Assembly (NCBI RefSeq): GCF_006345805.1
Contig: NC_042998.1
Location: forward strand, 98,146,001 to 98,210,000
Length of the DNA stretch: 64,000 bases
Source of the DNA: Octopus sinensis
Taxonomy: Eukaryota
Direction: 5' to 3'
Below are positions 63,433 to 64,000 of the stretch, piece after piece (the first letter of the stretch is position 1; the number at the start of each line of letters is the position of its first letter). A program made the position numbers and the translations under genes. A model generated the notes under the pieces. That model did not search any database. It was not told where the DNA came from and worked only from the letters and a program-made list of their open reading frames with translations.

Positions 63433-63667
63433 ATATCATCATCATCATCGTTTAATATCCGTTTTCTGTGCTAGCACGGGTTGGACAGTTCGACCAGGGT
63501 CTGGGAAGCCAGGAGGCTGCACCAGGCTCCAGTCTGATCTGGCAGTGTTTCTACAGCTGGATGCCCTTCCTAATGCCAACCACTCCATGAGTGTAGTGGG
63601 TGCTTTTTACATGCCACTGGCACAGGTGCCAGGGGAGTCTGGCAGCTTTTTACGTGCCACCGGCACG
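63433..63667 (-). mobile_element. RTE 3' tail fragment (same family as 3620-3795)
   Basis: GATCTGGCAGTGTTTCTACAGCTGGATGCCCTTCCTAATGCCAACCACTCC is nearly identical to 58727-58777; (TCA)n tail. Confidence 0.85.
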
Positions 63668-64000
63668 AATATAAGTGTTCATAAACAAGTCTTATATCTA
63701 TATGAATAATTGTGTTATACTCACTGTGTGTGTATGAGTGTATGAGAGAGAGAAATTTAACCATTTACAAACACACATTTACATTTTTCAATTTTTACTT
63801 TTTCAATAAATACTTATAACTGCTATACTTATACACACATATCTGTATATACAGAGAAAATGCTAACATGGAAGACCATGTTAGCAGTGAACTGATCATG
63901 TAACATAGTGGACTGGCAACCAACTTATAAACCACCTACTAAGAACTTCAAAACCAATCACAGTGGCAAAAAGTGACTTATCAAGAAACTCAACAGGAGT

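Overview
AT-rich, repeat-dense eukaryotic DNA with no recognisable host protein-coding gene, rRNA, functional tRNA or CRISPR array. The SINE and RTE families look to me like those of an octopus/coleoid cephalopod (recognition, not verified). The window reads as intronic or intergenic sequence, possibly inside a long minus-strand transcription unit: I have a qualitative impression of A/C excess on the plus strand, and there are a few minus-strand splice-like sites. Identifiable content is almost all mobile DNA: (i) RTE-clade LINE pieces, including a young 5'-truncated copy (58628-61911, minus) with an open RT frame, an embedded PHD-type finger and a ~330-bp 3'UTR unit amplified six times in tandem; (ii) older RTE and CR1/Jockey-like LINE relics; (iii) many tRNA-derived SINEs; (iv) DD41D (rosa), DD37D (maT), mariner, hAT, piggyBac-like and Helentron-like DNA transposon derivatives. 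The most unusual structures are a TSD-flanked fold-back element made of two head-to-head tRNA-headed units, each with a decayed minimal hammerhead-like motif (39061-40058); the LINE 3'UTR concatemer; a 43-bp near-perfect hairpin (53115-53211); and two minus-strand YAG|GT ratchet-like splice junctions. Nearly all ORFs in the supplied track are spurious or repeat-derived.
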